A stretch of DNA of 63,877 nucleotides, filler included, from Octopus bimaculoides (Eukaryota): the NCBI RefSeq assembly GCF_001194135.2. It is 6 parts of 6 records of this genome, joined end to end, with 100 filler letters (N's around TTAATTAATTAA, not from the genome) between each part and the next. Parts side by side here need not be neighbours in the genome. Positions count along the whole stretch, not along the records: positions 24,868 to 54,620 come from NC_068984.1; 5 more parts are not named here. One strand, written 5' to 3'. A program made the position numbers and the translations under genes. Under the pieces are notes generated by a model that saw only the letters and a program-made list of their open reading frames with translations, was not told the origin of the DNA and searched no databases. This document shows positions 39,257-52,063 of the stretch, piece by piece. The stretch's first letter is position 1. The number at the start of each line of letters is the position of its first letter.

Positions 39257-39977
39257 AATGTAATAATGGTAGATATTGGTTAGAGAGTAGTTTCTAGTTT
39301 ATCAAATACTGACAAGATCTGTTTATAGATTATGCAAAATATCACACTGTAATTTTAAAATATTTCTCAGTTCAATATTTTATTACCACACTTCTCCTCC
39401 CCCTCCTCCTCCTCCTCCTCCACCACCACGACCACCACCACCATCATCATCATCATCATTATTGATGTTATTAATCTATCAATGTATGATATTATATAAG
39501 CTGGAATTTTCAACATAAATTTTACTAAAACTTTGATTTACTTCACAAACTCATTAATATGTTTATTACATTTTTATTTGTCAAGCACAAAGTGCTTTCC
39601 ACACCTATGGCTTTGTTTGTTTGTTTGTTTTTGTTTAATTAAAACCGAATAAATATGATCTCTCAAGAATGAGAAAATATATTTTTATTGTTGTTGTTAT
39701 TGTTGTTTGCTATTATGAAGGTGTGTAGCCTAGTGGTCAGGGTTTTGGACTTATGACCATAAGTTCATGAGTTCAATTTCTGGACCAGATGGTGCCTTGT
39801 GTCTTTCGACACAAGGCACCATCTTTCAACACATTCTTCGAGTTTCGTTGGTTGAAATAAATACTGAGTGCTAGTGTAGCCTTCCTCCCTTCAACTGTTC
39901 CCCATAGGATGTTTACCTGGATCAAAGGTAGGGGTTGTTGCAAGGCCTTTGTATGTTGGCTCACAAGTACATTGGTA

Positions 39978-40015
<38 letters not shown>

Positions 40016-40096
40016 TCAGTAAATGGTGGGGTTGTGTCAACCACACGTGGAGAAATAATAGGAAAATAAAAAATAATAATAATAATAATAATAATA

Positions 40097-40523
40097 AAGC
40101 AGAATGCTAAACTGAAAGCATATTTTATTATAGATGTGTATAAGGGGGATTAAAAAGGATTTCTAACTGGCTTCCATTGCATGGCAAATTTTCAAGAAGA
40201 GGGAAAATGAAAATAATGTTTTTTNNNNNNNNNNTAAACTCTCAGCCTTTTTTAAGCACGACACCATTCTTAATTCCATGCATCCTAATCTATCTAACAA
40301 TTATCTACATGGATTACCATTGAACTTTAAAAGCTCAAAGACAATATAATGTATTGGTATATTTATTTTTTTATATATTTTTTATATTTTTGTAAAAAAA
40401 CATTATTTTCATTTTCCCTCTTCTTGAAAATTTGCCATGCAATGAAAGCTGGTTAGAAATCCTTTTCAATCCTCCTTATGCACATCTATATTAAAATATG
40501 CTTTCAGTTTAGCATTCTGCCTT
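40097..40523. mobile_element. MITE with about 128-bp TIRs, bounded by (TAA)n / (TTA)n
   Basis: AAGCAGAATGCTAAACTGAAAGCATATTTT...GGGAAAATGAAAATAATGTTTTTT versus its reverse complement at 40394-40523. Confidence 0.9.
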
Positions 40524-40779
40524 ATTATTATGATTATTATTTTCCTATATATATATATATATGTTTGTATGTATGTATATATATATGTATGTTTGTATGT
40601 TTATATATATGTATGTTTGTATATATTTATATGTATATATATATGTATATATATAATTGTATGTGTGTATATATATATATATACATATATATACAAATAA
40701 TAATAGAATGAGAGATAACTAGAACACCAGATAATTCAAAACCATGCATTGTATGTGAGTGTGTGTATGTATGTATGTA

Positions 40780-41450
40780 TCTATTTCTCTCTATATATAT
40801 ACATACATACATACATACATACATACACACACATATGATGGGCTTCTTTCAGGTGCTATTTACCAAATTCATGCACAAGGCTTTAGTGGGCCTGGGGCTA
40901 TAGTAGGAGATACTTGTGCAAAGTGCCTCACAGTGGGATGGAGCCCAAAACCATGTGGTTGGGAAGCAAAGTTCTTAACCACACAGCCATGCTTGCATCT
41001 ATGTGAGTATATATTTGTGCATTCTTCATTTTACTTTATTTTATCAGTCATTCCCTATGCCCAATTCAATGATAGCAGGAAGAGATGCAAGTTGCAATGC
41101 AATGGTAGGAACAGTGAATATGCTAGTAGCCCACTTTTCAAAACACAAAGACAATTTGTTCCAGAAGAAAAACTGAATAAAGAATATTTAAGTTATAAAT
41201 ACAGCTATTAATATAAACAATTATATTAAGGCCACGAGCTGGCAGAATCATTAGCACACTGGGAAAACTGCTTACCAGCATTTCGTACATCTTTACATTT
41301 TGAATTTAAATTCTGTCAAGGTTGACTTTGCCTTTTGTCCTTTCAGGGGTCAATAAAATCAGTACTAGTTGAGCACTGGGGGTCAATGTAACAAAAACTT
41401 TGCCATCCCCAAATTGCTGGCCTTGTGCCAAAATTTGAAATCAATATAAA
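40780..41450. mobile_element. SINE A 5' half (-, 40780-41000) and SINE B (+, 41227-41450)
   Basis: Family motifs. Confidence 0.75.
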
Positions 41451-42134
41451 CAATTACAATTTGAAAGGCACAACAGGAAAAATGTATTAAAAATGTAAAT
41501 TTAAGTGGCAATAATAAATATAATAAAATACCAAGAACGACAACAGTAATGAATCTTTTACAGAGACACTGAACATGGATTGACTCTAAATGAATGGAAA
41601 AATCATATGAGAGGTATATCACCAAAGTGAATGCTTTCTTGCCTGAGAAATCTATCGAAGGAAGTGATATATCACTGGTTTTCAAAAGACAATGTGACTT
41701 CCATATTCCTTTGAATGTGTTGGCTGATGTGTGACAGGATGTATACTTTCTTGATGGGGGAAGGGCATACAGAAATATATATCAGTTATTTAAAACTAAG
41801 GTTTAGATGAAAAGTGAGGCAGAGTTCATGTACTACATGAGTTGTGCCACATGTTGTTTCTGTATGGTTCCACAGTACAAGAACAGCAGAAACAAGAGTA
41901 TTATAGCCTACAAGGATAGTGTTTGTCAAGCCTTGGCTTGTAGTCATCTTTACAGCACAATGCAGGTATATTGGAAACACAGTGATGACCTACAACAATA
42001 TGCATTCATGGTGGAGTTTGCAAGGATATCTAGATCCTGATTACCCTAAAAGACCAACAAGTTATTTTGAAGTTATTGTGAGAGAAAACAAGGGGTGTAA
42101 GGCATGGATTAAGTCTCTAAAATGGAATCTTTTA

Positions 42135-42770
42135 TTCTTTTACTTGTTTCAGCCATTAGACTGCAGCCATGCTGGGGCATCACCTTGAATTTTTAGCTAA
42201 ATGAATCAACCCCAGTACTTATGTATTTTTGTGTTTTTAAGCCTGGTACTCATTCTATCAGTGTCCTTTGCTGAACTGCTAAGTTACAGGAACATGAACA
42301 CACCAGCACCAATTGTTAAGCAGTGGTGGGTGGGGCCAAACACAGACACAAAGACACACATACAGATATATGTATATATATGTGTCAGTACTGCCTGACT
42401 GGCCCTTGTGCCAGTGGCACATAAAATGCACCAACTACACTCTCAGAGTGGTTGGCATTAGGAAGGGCATCCAGCTGTAGAAACCTTGCCAGATCAGATT
42501 GGAGCATGGTGCAGCCTCCTGGCTTGCCAGTTCTCAGTCAAACCATCCAGCCCATGCCAGCATGGAAAGCGGGTGTTAAATGATGATGATGATGATATAT
42601 ATACAACAGGCTTCTTTCAGTTTTCATCTATCAAAACCACCAAGGATTTGGTCAGCCTGAGACAATAGTAGAAGACACTTGCTGAAGATGCCACACAGCT
42701 GGAGTGAATCCAGAACCATGTGGTTGGGAGGCAAGCTTCTTACCTGACAGTCACACCTGCACTTATAGAA
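42135..42770 (-). mobile_element. SINE A split by an RTE 3'-UTR insertion (+, about 42405-42597)
   Basis: The 3' half (42135-42390) and 5' half (42600-42770) are collinear. The RTE tail sits in the internal (TA)/(CA) tract. Confidence 0.8.
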
Positions 42771-44408
42771 AAAATTCAGGTATTACTTTGGTCCAATGGT
42801 AGAACAGCTGTCATGCTTACAGATGTTGGATCAAGTCCCATGGGCAGCATTTGACTTTACTTATCTGAAAAGCTTTTAACCCAATATTTATTTGCTATTA
42901 TTTATAGCTTTATTTGTTTTGAAATTCATAATTCCTAAAAAGAATTATTTCATGTTCTTGATTTTTCTAAATTCCAATGACATCAGCAATATATATATGT
43001 GTGAGTGTATGTATGCTGGTTTAATACATTTATGTAATACACTAATCATGTTTTAAAGGTGATTTAAAGCCAGATTCAAAGGTGAAATCTCAGCCACTAT
43101 TATTTGTCAATATTATATGAGTGTAGTTGCATGCATGTGTGAAAGTGTGTCATGTATTCACACATATGCACACACAAATACTCACATGCATGCAAGAATG
43201 TATGTGTGTGTGTGTGCGTTTGCAATTTTTACTTTTAGCATCCATCAACAACCTAATCTCTTATCCTCTTAATGTTTCCCTACCATTGCTGCCCTTCACG
43301 CTGAGTCTATGCTCTTCCTCCACCCCATAAAACATGGCTTAACATTCCATTTGATTCTTATAAGATGAACACTGTTTCATGCATAATTGCACATAAAATT
43401 TACAGTTTAGTTCACAGGTAATTTGCTTGTATATAGATTAAGTATCTTGGTTATTCTATTCTTAGGCTGAGTAATTCTGTTTCTTTGAGCATTTCTATAT
43501 ATGGACTGACTACCACCAAAGACTAGATTGTTGGTTGTACTTCTGGACTACGTTCCTAGACATTCTGTCTGATAGTTCATTCAAAGTCTTTCATTGGTTC
43601 TATTTACAACTCAAAGGGTTAAAACCTAAGAGTTTTTACTAATTCATTATGTTTGTTTATAAATTTTTGTAGATTGGGATATGGTGTTATTGTGAATGGG
43701 TGGTGTCAGCAGTTTTAATCAAGCACTTCATTATAGAATATTTTGAGATTTGTATACATTTAAACTTCTCCTTCATGTTTTTCTTATCTGCAACTAGTTT
43801 TAATCTGTTGGCTCTTCAATAAACAGATTGTTTACAATTTATAATTATTATGTTAGAGTAAATAGTTGGGGAAAGTGAGGCTAGCTGTGTTGAAATATTA
43901 AACTATTACTACACTATATTAAAATTATCATGTTGACATACAGTCCCTGGACTTGAAAGAGAAAGGGCAATAGAGAGAGAGAGAGAGAGAAGTTTCACAT
44001 AGCCAGACAGCTTCTGCATAGTTGCTCAGCCTGCTAGAAATAGCTGTCAAATTTCTCTCAAACCAGACCCAATTGTCCGAGAGAAAATGGGGATGGGGGA
44101 GGTCTCTGCAAATAGGAGAAAGACAGTATGATCAAAGCTAGAATGTCTTTCATCACCAGACTGATTGATTATGGTTGACCTAGGGTTAAGCAATAATTAC
44201 TCGGAAAAGCATAGCTGATGATTACAATTGTGTTGTACCACACAGGTCAGCCTTGACTGAGAAAGAGAGGGTGCAGGCTTTTACATATCAGGGACCCTCT
44301 GAATGGTCTCTTGACCTACAAGAATTAGCAGACAAACCTCACTCAAATCTATCGTCTTGGTATAAAAGAAGGGGATATTAGACAATGTAGATGAAAGTAA
44401 ATATGTGA

Positions 44409-44770
44409 GCACAGGCATGGCTGTGTGGTAAGAAGTTTGCTTCCCAACCACATGGTTCCAGGCTCAGTCACATTTTGTGGTACCTTGGGCTGCTCTAGCC
44501 TTGGCCAACCAAAGCCTTGTGAGTGGATTTGGTGAATGGAAACTGAAAGAAGTCCATCATATCTATGTGTGTGTGCCTTTGTGTATGTGTTTGTCTTCCA
44601 CCACTGCATGACAACTGGTGTGCTTATGTCCCCATAACCTAGTGGTTCGGCAAAAAAAGATCAATACAATAAGTACCAGGCTATAAAAAAAGTACTGGGG
44701 TCGATTTGTTTGACTAAAAATCCTTTAAGGCAGTTCCCCAGCATGACCGAAACAAGTAAAAAAAAAAGAA
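44409..44770 (+). mobile_element. SINE A, full length, diverged (SINE B on the - strand follows at about 44845-45050)
   Basis: Collinear with 1759-2185. Confidence 0.85.
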
Positions 44771-45288
44771 AACAAAAAAGATAATTCCTTGATGGAATAC
44801 CTTTTGTTATGTGTCTGCCCAATAAGAGCTGACCTGGGGCTTAAATAAGTTTCTAATTTAGGCACAAGGTCAGCAGTTTTGGTTTTGTCAGTAGTATCGA
44901 CTCCAGCACCCGACTAGTACTTAATATTATCGAGTTTGTAAGAAATGAAAGGTAGAGCTAACCTCAGCAGTGTTTGAACAAAGAACATAAAGAACTGCAA
45001 AAAAAATACTGCAAAGTATTTCGTTCAATGTTCTAACGATTCGGCCAATTCAGAAGTTAAAGTAATGACAAGGTTATGATTTAAACCACCTGACACTTTG
45101 TTATCAGAGGATGATATAATAGAGTTACACAATGGTTTTGGTGTAATTGTAGATATCAGGTGAACCAAACTTTTATCTTATTACGAGTTTCAAGAACAAA
45201 AAGAATTCAACCTTTTTTTGATGTATATTGTATTACACAATGAATGTAATTAAACTCTGTATTTTATTCTTTTCTTTTATGTTGTTAG

Positions 45289-46080
45289 GAGGTGCACAGA
45301 TGATGAAATAACTTAGGTTCATGACCTTTTCCCTACTTCCTATTTGTATGCTCACTCAGACAATCACTCTTCTTTGGAATCTACTGTTTCACTTTGCTGT
45401 TTTGTTTTAAATCAGTGATATGCTATCTTAAGCTTTGTTTCTTTCAAAGAAACCAGTGTTTATTTTCTTAACTTATATATGAACACTAAATTTAGAATAT
45501 AGCTTCTTTCCTATAGTACTGTAGCTTTACTATCTTTCATGGCGTGCTGAGTAAACCAAATTTTATTTATTCCTCTCTTTCCTTCTCAATGGCTGTGTAC
45601 TCTGTAGAAATGTGTTTTGCTTTGAAACACATGTTATTTACTTTTTTACCAACTTGTGTGAAGCAGGTCTGTTACAGCAACCTATTTTTTCTTTCATTAA
45701 TTGTTCTGTTTACATATGTTATATATATATATATGTGTGTATATATATCTCATTACACAGCTTACATTTCTTGCCAATTTGGGACTTCTTGGAGATTTGT
45801 TTGAGTCATTTGTGTGTATGAATTCATTTAGCATAATTAACACTGCTATAAAAAGCAATGTATATGTCAACTTTCTCGTATTAATTTCTACCTTGTACAC
45901 TTGTGTTTTTAATATTTATATTTCCCAGTTTTTTACCTTAATTATATTTTTTGTCAAATCCATGACTGCTTAAGTTATATAATTTCTCTTTAAGATTTTC
46001 CCAATTTTTTTTCTATAAATGTAATTCTATGAACATATTTAGTTCTTTATAGAACTAATTAAGTTTTAATAAAAAAAAAA
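45289..46080 (+). CDS. Candidate terminal exon plus U-rich 3' UTR
   Basis: Acceptor TTTTATTCTTTTCTTTTATGTTGTTAG; all frames stop within 10 codons (for example RCTDDEIT*). About 780 bp of interspersed-repeat-free U-rich sequence follows, ending in AATAAA-A-rich at about 46068. Confidence 0.2.
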
Positions 46081-46124
46081 AAGAAGCTGTTTCTCTCACA
46101 CATTCCTCTCGGTAATAATATGTG

Positions 46125-47407
46125 CAGTGGTTCTCAGATATTTCGGTTTCGTGTCACAGTGGAGACCAAATATAAATATAACTGGAGTATTTTCACTTGA
46201 GTGTTCTTAAGTATAATTTCTAATGCTATAAATTATGTTTTAAAATTCCACAGCACATCTAAATAAATATATCCTTGTGGTGTACCATTTGAGAAACATT
46301 GGTATAGAGCAGTGTTTTGTATGAAAGTGGCCAACTTTCCTGGAGCATGCCCAAATATTGAAAAGGGGCTACACAAATTATCATGTTTAATAAAATTTAG
46401 ATGATGCTTTGCTTGATAAAATGTTGGTGGTTTCTCGACTTTTTTTAAACTTGTCCAACAACATGGTGAAGAAAGTAGGGCATATTGATATAAGTGTGCC
46501 CCCACTCCAACTTTTTTTCCTTATAACTTCCAGAAAAATTGATATTTTTAAGGAAATTTTCTGAAAATACTTTCAGATGGTGTAGATTCTGATTATATTG
46601 GAATTTATTGTGGAAACATTTTTCTGCAGGTAGAGAGAGGAAAATTCACATGAGTCATTTTTATTTCCCTATAACTTGCAGAAAAATGAGTATCTTTTAA
46701 TGAAATATTCTACAAATATCTTTTAGAGTGTGCCGATTACAATTATATTGGAATTTGATATGGAAAAAAATAATAAATAAATAAATGGTGAGCTCACACA
46801 CATACATACTGACACACTTCACATATCTGCAAAATGTAACTTGAAATTTCTGAAAAAAGTTGTGATGTGTTAGTTTGTACATGTGTGTACCTAGCAATTT
46901 TATTTTTTACTTTAAATTCTGATATAATCATGTATAATCCTGATCTACGCCATCTGAAAGGTATTTGTAGAAAATTTCATAAAAAAAACTTGTTTTTCTG
47001 AAAGTTATAAGGAAACAAAGCTGACTCATGTGAATTTTCCAAAACTTCTCTCCCTACCCTTGGATAAAATGTTTCACAACCAATTCTGATATAATCAGAA
47101 TCTGTGCCAGTTGAAGCATATTTCATTTTAAAATATCTATTTTCTGGAAGTTATGAGGAAACAAAATCAGGGTGGGGGCAGAATTGTGTAGATATGCTGA
47201 AAGAATTATATGGATGTTAACTATAATTTGTCTTTCTGAGTTCAACTTCCATCAAGGTCGATTTTGTCTTTCCCCCTTTTGGTGTCAATAAAATAAGTAC
47301 CAGTTGAACACTGGAGTTGATGTAATTGACTTACCACCTTCCCTAAAATTGTTAGTTTCATACCAAAAGTGGGTGGGTCTTAGTATTTCTCAGTTTGAGA
47401 ACCACCG
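46125..47407. mobile_element. Two adjacent hAT-like elements (46125-46301; 46310-47407)
   Basis: CAGTGGTTCTCAGA...TTTGAGAAACATTG, then GTATAGAG, then CAGTG...TTTGAGAACCACCG, then GTATGGAG (7/8 match). Confidence 0.55.
46490..47190. mobile_element. Long foldback element (about 270-bp imperfect arms with internal subrepeats)
   Basis: TGCCCCCAC...TCCTTATAACTTCCAGAAA versus TTTCTGGAAGTTATGAGGA...GTGGGGGCA. GAAAATTCACATGAGTC versus GACTCATGTGAATTTTC. Confidence 0.8.
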
Positions 47408-48139
47408 GTATGGAGTAACTTCAGCAAACAAAAGCAATTTTGTTTTTTCAATGCATGTAGATTGAACAATTCCTTTTCTCTGTTTTTTAAACCTCTATTT
47501 CAGAAAATATCTCATTGACAGGACTTATAGTTTGACTTCTAAACACTAAAAGCTTATCATTTTGTTTCTATGATGCATGGAACTTGGCAATGCTATTTTA
47601 ATCCATACACCTAGAAGAATAGCAAGTTGTTTGGCTGCATGTCATCCCTGTATGACTTACAGATTTTCAGTAGTGATCACATTTTATATCCTGTCACAGT
47701 ATATCTAGGAATACAAGATACAGTGATTCCTTTTTTAAAAAAAAGTATAGTGTGATTTGACACAGATTTGGACACCATTGCTAGCATGCCCAGTGACCAG
47801 ATCCTGCTTTGTTTTTAATTGTGGCAGTAAATAAATGAAGGAAGGAAGGAAGGAAAGAAAGAATAAAAAAAAATTCATATGTTGGAGTTAGTTCAGTTGT
47901 TTAACCTTCTCAGATTAATTCTATGGCCAAAGATATTCCACCCGTGACCATCCAATTTTTTTCAATTACAAATATATTCTGTGGACACACTCACACATAT
48001 ATACATGTAAGATATATATAAGGCAAAAATCTTCTCTGGCAAATCTAGAATCAGACTGCAAAAGGATAAGATAAAATGCTGTAATTCTCCTAGTTTGGCA
48101 CCTTACCATTATTTTTCCCAATTCAACAGTCTTGAAATG

Positions 48140-48189
<50 letters not shown>

Positions 48190-50087
48190 GGAAATATCAC
48201 ATGCTGTTGTATTTACAAAGGAAGATGCATTGGATAGTATAGTCCTACATACACACATATAGAACTACATTGTCTAATACGCCCTTCCTTTGTGAAGAGA
48301 ACAGTCTGTGATTTGATGGAGATTTAGCTGATATTTCTGACATATCATCTCATTCTTTGACCAAACTAGAAAAATTGTTGCATTTTTATCTTTCTGCAGT
48401 ATGATTCCAAATTTGCAAGTGAAGACTTTGCCTTTTATCTTTTTGGGCAGCCAATAAAATAACTGGTGTCTTGTCTCATCAAAGTATCAAGAGAGGCACA
48501 CGTGACTATTCCAGCATCTCAGTTTTATCATTGTTCTCAGTAATGCTTCAGTGTCTTATGTTGCCCCACCTCCCATTTTTTTCTTTTGACTAATAAAAAA
48601 TATTAAAATTGTGTGTATGTATGTATTTCTTCATTTTTCTCTCTCTTTTTAGAGAGGGGCATACTCATACTTACAGTGGTTTTTAGAAACATGAGGTTTT
48701 ATGTTATACCTTAAAGAGTTTTCAAGCAAACACATTATGAATAATAAATCTCAATTCATATTTCTATCGTATTTTATTACGTATACATATAGCCTCTTTG
48801 TGTATGAAGGTCAGAGCATTTGTCTTATGATCATAGAGTCACGAGTTCAATTCCTGGGCTGTATGGCAAGTAGTGACCTTGAGCAAGGCACTTCACCTTA
48901 TGTTGCTCAACTAGTTCATTCAACTGTAAATGACTACCAACTAGATGCTTGTACAATTCTCCCTCTTCTTTTAGCCATCCCATGCCAGATGTTCTGCAGG
49001 GTTGAGCATGATGAAGCCAAGAGGATGTCTGGGTCTACTCATTACTACACTGGCATCCAAACTAAATAGTGGAAGTTTGGTACAATTTACCAAATCATAC
49101 TCACTTATGAGTGATAATTGGCTGCACTTCCTACCCAGCTTGTGTACTCCCATAAACTTCTCATTTGTATAAGATATATTTTTAAAATTTCCCCTTAATA
49201 ACAACTAATATTCAACCATCAATAAGTCTATAATTATACTTTATGTATCATCCACACATTATCTCTGCTTTCTTCACATAAATAAATATAATTAATATTC
49301 CCTTAATTATCAGAGGTTATTAATAGCTAATTAATAGTCCCTAATTACTATTACTGTGACAACACTCCATTTTGAATTATAGCAATCCACAATGCAGAAT
49401 GTCCTGCTTTACCTCTTATCTATTTAACTAACTGGGTTTTATTGTAATACCAGAGATATTTCATATTACAATTCCATTGATATCTATGATGCTTAAGAAG
49501 AATATCATATTGACCTCAGTACTCTACAACAACTTTTATTGACCACAGAAGAAATGAAAGGATTTAATCTAAATACAACTGGTAGTTTGTCCTGGTCACT
49601 GGTGTTTATTCAATCTATTCTACCAATATATCTATAATAGGTTAGTTATTGCACTTATTTATTTATTTTTCTCCTACAGTAGAAATCTAAAACCTGCATC
49701 TAACAACTTTGAAATTTGTTCCAGAAGTAAAGAATTATTTGTATCAGTCTATGAGATTTTGTCATTACTTTAATCCTCCTAAAGAGGCTGACTTTATCTA
49801 TCTTTTTAACAAGTTTCTGTGTATACAGATTATTTAATATATATTTTGATTTACTACTGTTACTACTGTCATGTCCACAGAAGACTTGTCATTTAGAATT
49901 ATTTGTATCATATGCTTAGAAGAGAATTGGTGCCTGTTGATTTCTCTCTACAAGTTTCCTTTAACTATATTTAAGTTAATAAATTAAAGTATTAAAGTAT
50001 CACTGAAGCACTGGGGTTAATGGTAATGACTAACTGTTCCCCATAAAGTTGTGGGTCATGTGCATTATTTAAAAACCATCATTATAG

Positions 50088-50297
50088 ATATGTAGTAAGA
50101 AGCTTGCTTCCCAACCATATTGTTCTAGGTTCAGTCCTACTGCGTGGCACCTTGGATAAGTGTCTTCTATTATAGCCACAGGCTGATAACAGTTTTGTGA
50201 GTGGATTTGGTTGACAAAAACTGAAAGAAGCCCATTGTGTGTGTGTAAGTTCACTGTGTGGCGTTATTATTTTTCTATAATAATGCCCTTTATATAA

Positions 50298-50333
<36 letters not shown>

Positions 50334-50517
50334 GTATATATATATATATGTATGTGTGTGTGTGCGCCTGTATATATATTTGCTTGTGTGTGTCTTTGTG
50401 ACTGTGTTTGTCACCTCCACTATTGATTGACAACTGATGTTGGTGTGTTTACACCCCCATAACTTAGCGGTTCGGCAAAAAAACCTGATAAAATAAGTGT
50501 TAGGCTTACAAAGAACA
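50088..50517 (+). mobile_element. SINE A copy
   Basis: Family motifs with internal (TA)/(TG) tract. Confidence 0.85.
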
Positions 50518-50584
50518 ATGTAATGACTAACTATCCATTTCAAAGTTGTTGGTCTTGTGTATTATTTAGAAACCATCATTATTA

Positions 50585-50780
50585 TGATTGTTATCATTTA
50601 TTGTCTTTGCACAGCTTCTAACGCTGGAGATGTTCTACAGTGCCAGCTGTTCACTATTAGGGAACTAAGGTAACACCCCCTATTTTTCAAGCACCATCCG
50701 GTGTATTTGAGCAGTTCCAAGCAGTGCTTTTTTCAGCAAGTGCTCCACCCTTATTGCAGCCCCTATTTGTTCCATGTACT
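50585..50780 (-). mobile_element. Short 5'-truncated R4/Dong-like element, family 2
   Basis: 50778-50680 translates YMEQIGAAIRVEHLLKKALLGTAQIHRMVLEK*, the same C-terminal ALLGTAxIxRxxL motif as the neighbouring element but with a different 3' UTR. Confidence 0.75.
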
Positions 50781-50808
50781 ACTATTATTATTATTATTAT
50801 TATTATTA

Positions 50809-50857
<49 letters not shown>

Positions 50858-50861
<4 letters not shown>

Positions 50862-51766
50862 TAGTTTTATTTTTATAACGTGCTTTCACTTCACTACCGA
50901 GCGCAGCTCTGTGCGCCTTGGGTATGTGCTGTGGTTTGCTGTGGTGCTCTTATGTTTACTGTATTGAAAGTGTTTTGCGTAGAATGTGTGCAGTACCCAG
51001 TAGTGCAATTTTCTGTATGTTATATATATTTGTAAGTCCTGGTGTTTTTGTTATGTATTTGTCTGAATATTTTTTTATTATACCTAAGGCACATACTATG
51101 ATAGGAATTGTTTCTGTTTTTAGATTCCACATTCGAGTTANNNNNNNNNNNNNNNNNNNNNNNNNNNNNNNNNNNNNNNNNNNNNNNNNNNNNNNNNNNN
51201 NNNNNNNNNNNNNNNNNNNNNNNNNNNNNNNNNNNNNNNNNNNNNNNNNNNNNNNNNNNNNNNNNNNNNNNNNNNNNNNNNNNNNNNNNNNNNNNNNNNN
51301 NNNNNNNNNNNNNNNNNNNNNNNNNNNNNNNNNNNNNNNNNNNNNNNNNNNNNNNNNNNNNNNNNNNNNNNNNNNNNNNNNNNNNNNNNNNNNNNNNNNN
51401 NNNNNNNNNNNNNNNNNNNNNNNNNNNNNNNNNNNNNNNNNNNNNNNNNNNNNNNNNNNNNNNNNNNNNNNNNNNNNNNNNNNNNNNNNNNNNNNNNNNN
51501 NNNNNNNNNNNNNNNNNNNNNNATTGTTTCTTGTCGATCTCCACATATTCTACAGTTACTTGTTATATTTCTTTTCATTATGTGTTTTTGGTAATTTCTG
51601 GTGGGGAGGCTTTGGTCTTGTGCAGCAATTAAAAATCCTTCAGTCTCTGCTTTGAGTCCTGAGCTTCTCAGCCATTGCTGGGATTTTTCTCTGTCTATTT
51701 CTTTCGCATTTAGTTTAGCCCAGTATTTACCATGTAGGGGCTTTTCTTGCCATCGTTTTATCATCG

Positions 51767-51770
<4 letters not shown>
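50858..51770 (-). mobile_element. R4/Dong-clade RLE non-LTR retrotransposon, 5'-truncated, in (TAA)n
   Basis: RWQEKPLHGKYW...SQQWLRSSGLKAETEGFLIAAQDQSLPTRNY...CRICGDRQET [gap] TRMWNLKTETIPIIVCALG...IQKIALLGTAHILRKTLSIQ*. The 3' UTR runs into (AAT)n, and (TTA)n tracts lie at both ends. Confidence 0.9.
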
Positions 51771-51802
<32 letters not shown>

Positions 51803-51805
<3 letters not shown>

Positions 51806-52016
51806 GGCAGCAAGCTGGTAGAATCGTTAGCACTCCTGGCAAAATGCTTAGCAGTATCTCGTCTGTTGCTATGTTCCGAGTTCAAATACCACCAAGGTCA
51901 ACTTTGCCTTTCATCCTTTTGGGGTTGATAAATTTAGTACCAGTGAAATACTGCGGTTGATGTAATCCATTATACCCCTCCACCAAATTTCAGGCTTTGT
52001 GTCTATATTAGAAAGG

Positions 52017-52063
<47 letters not shown>

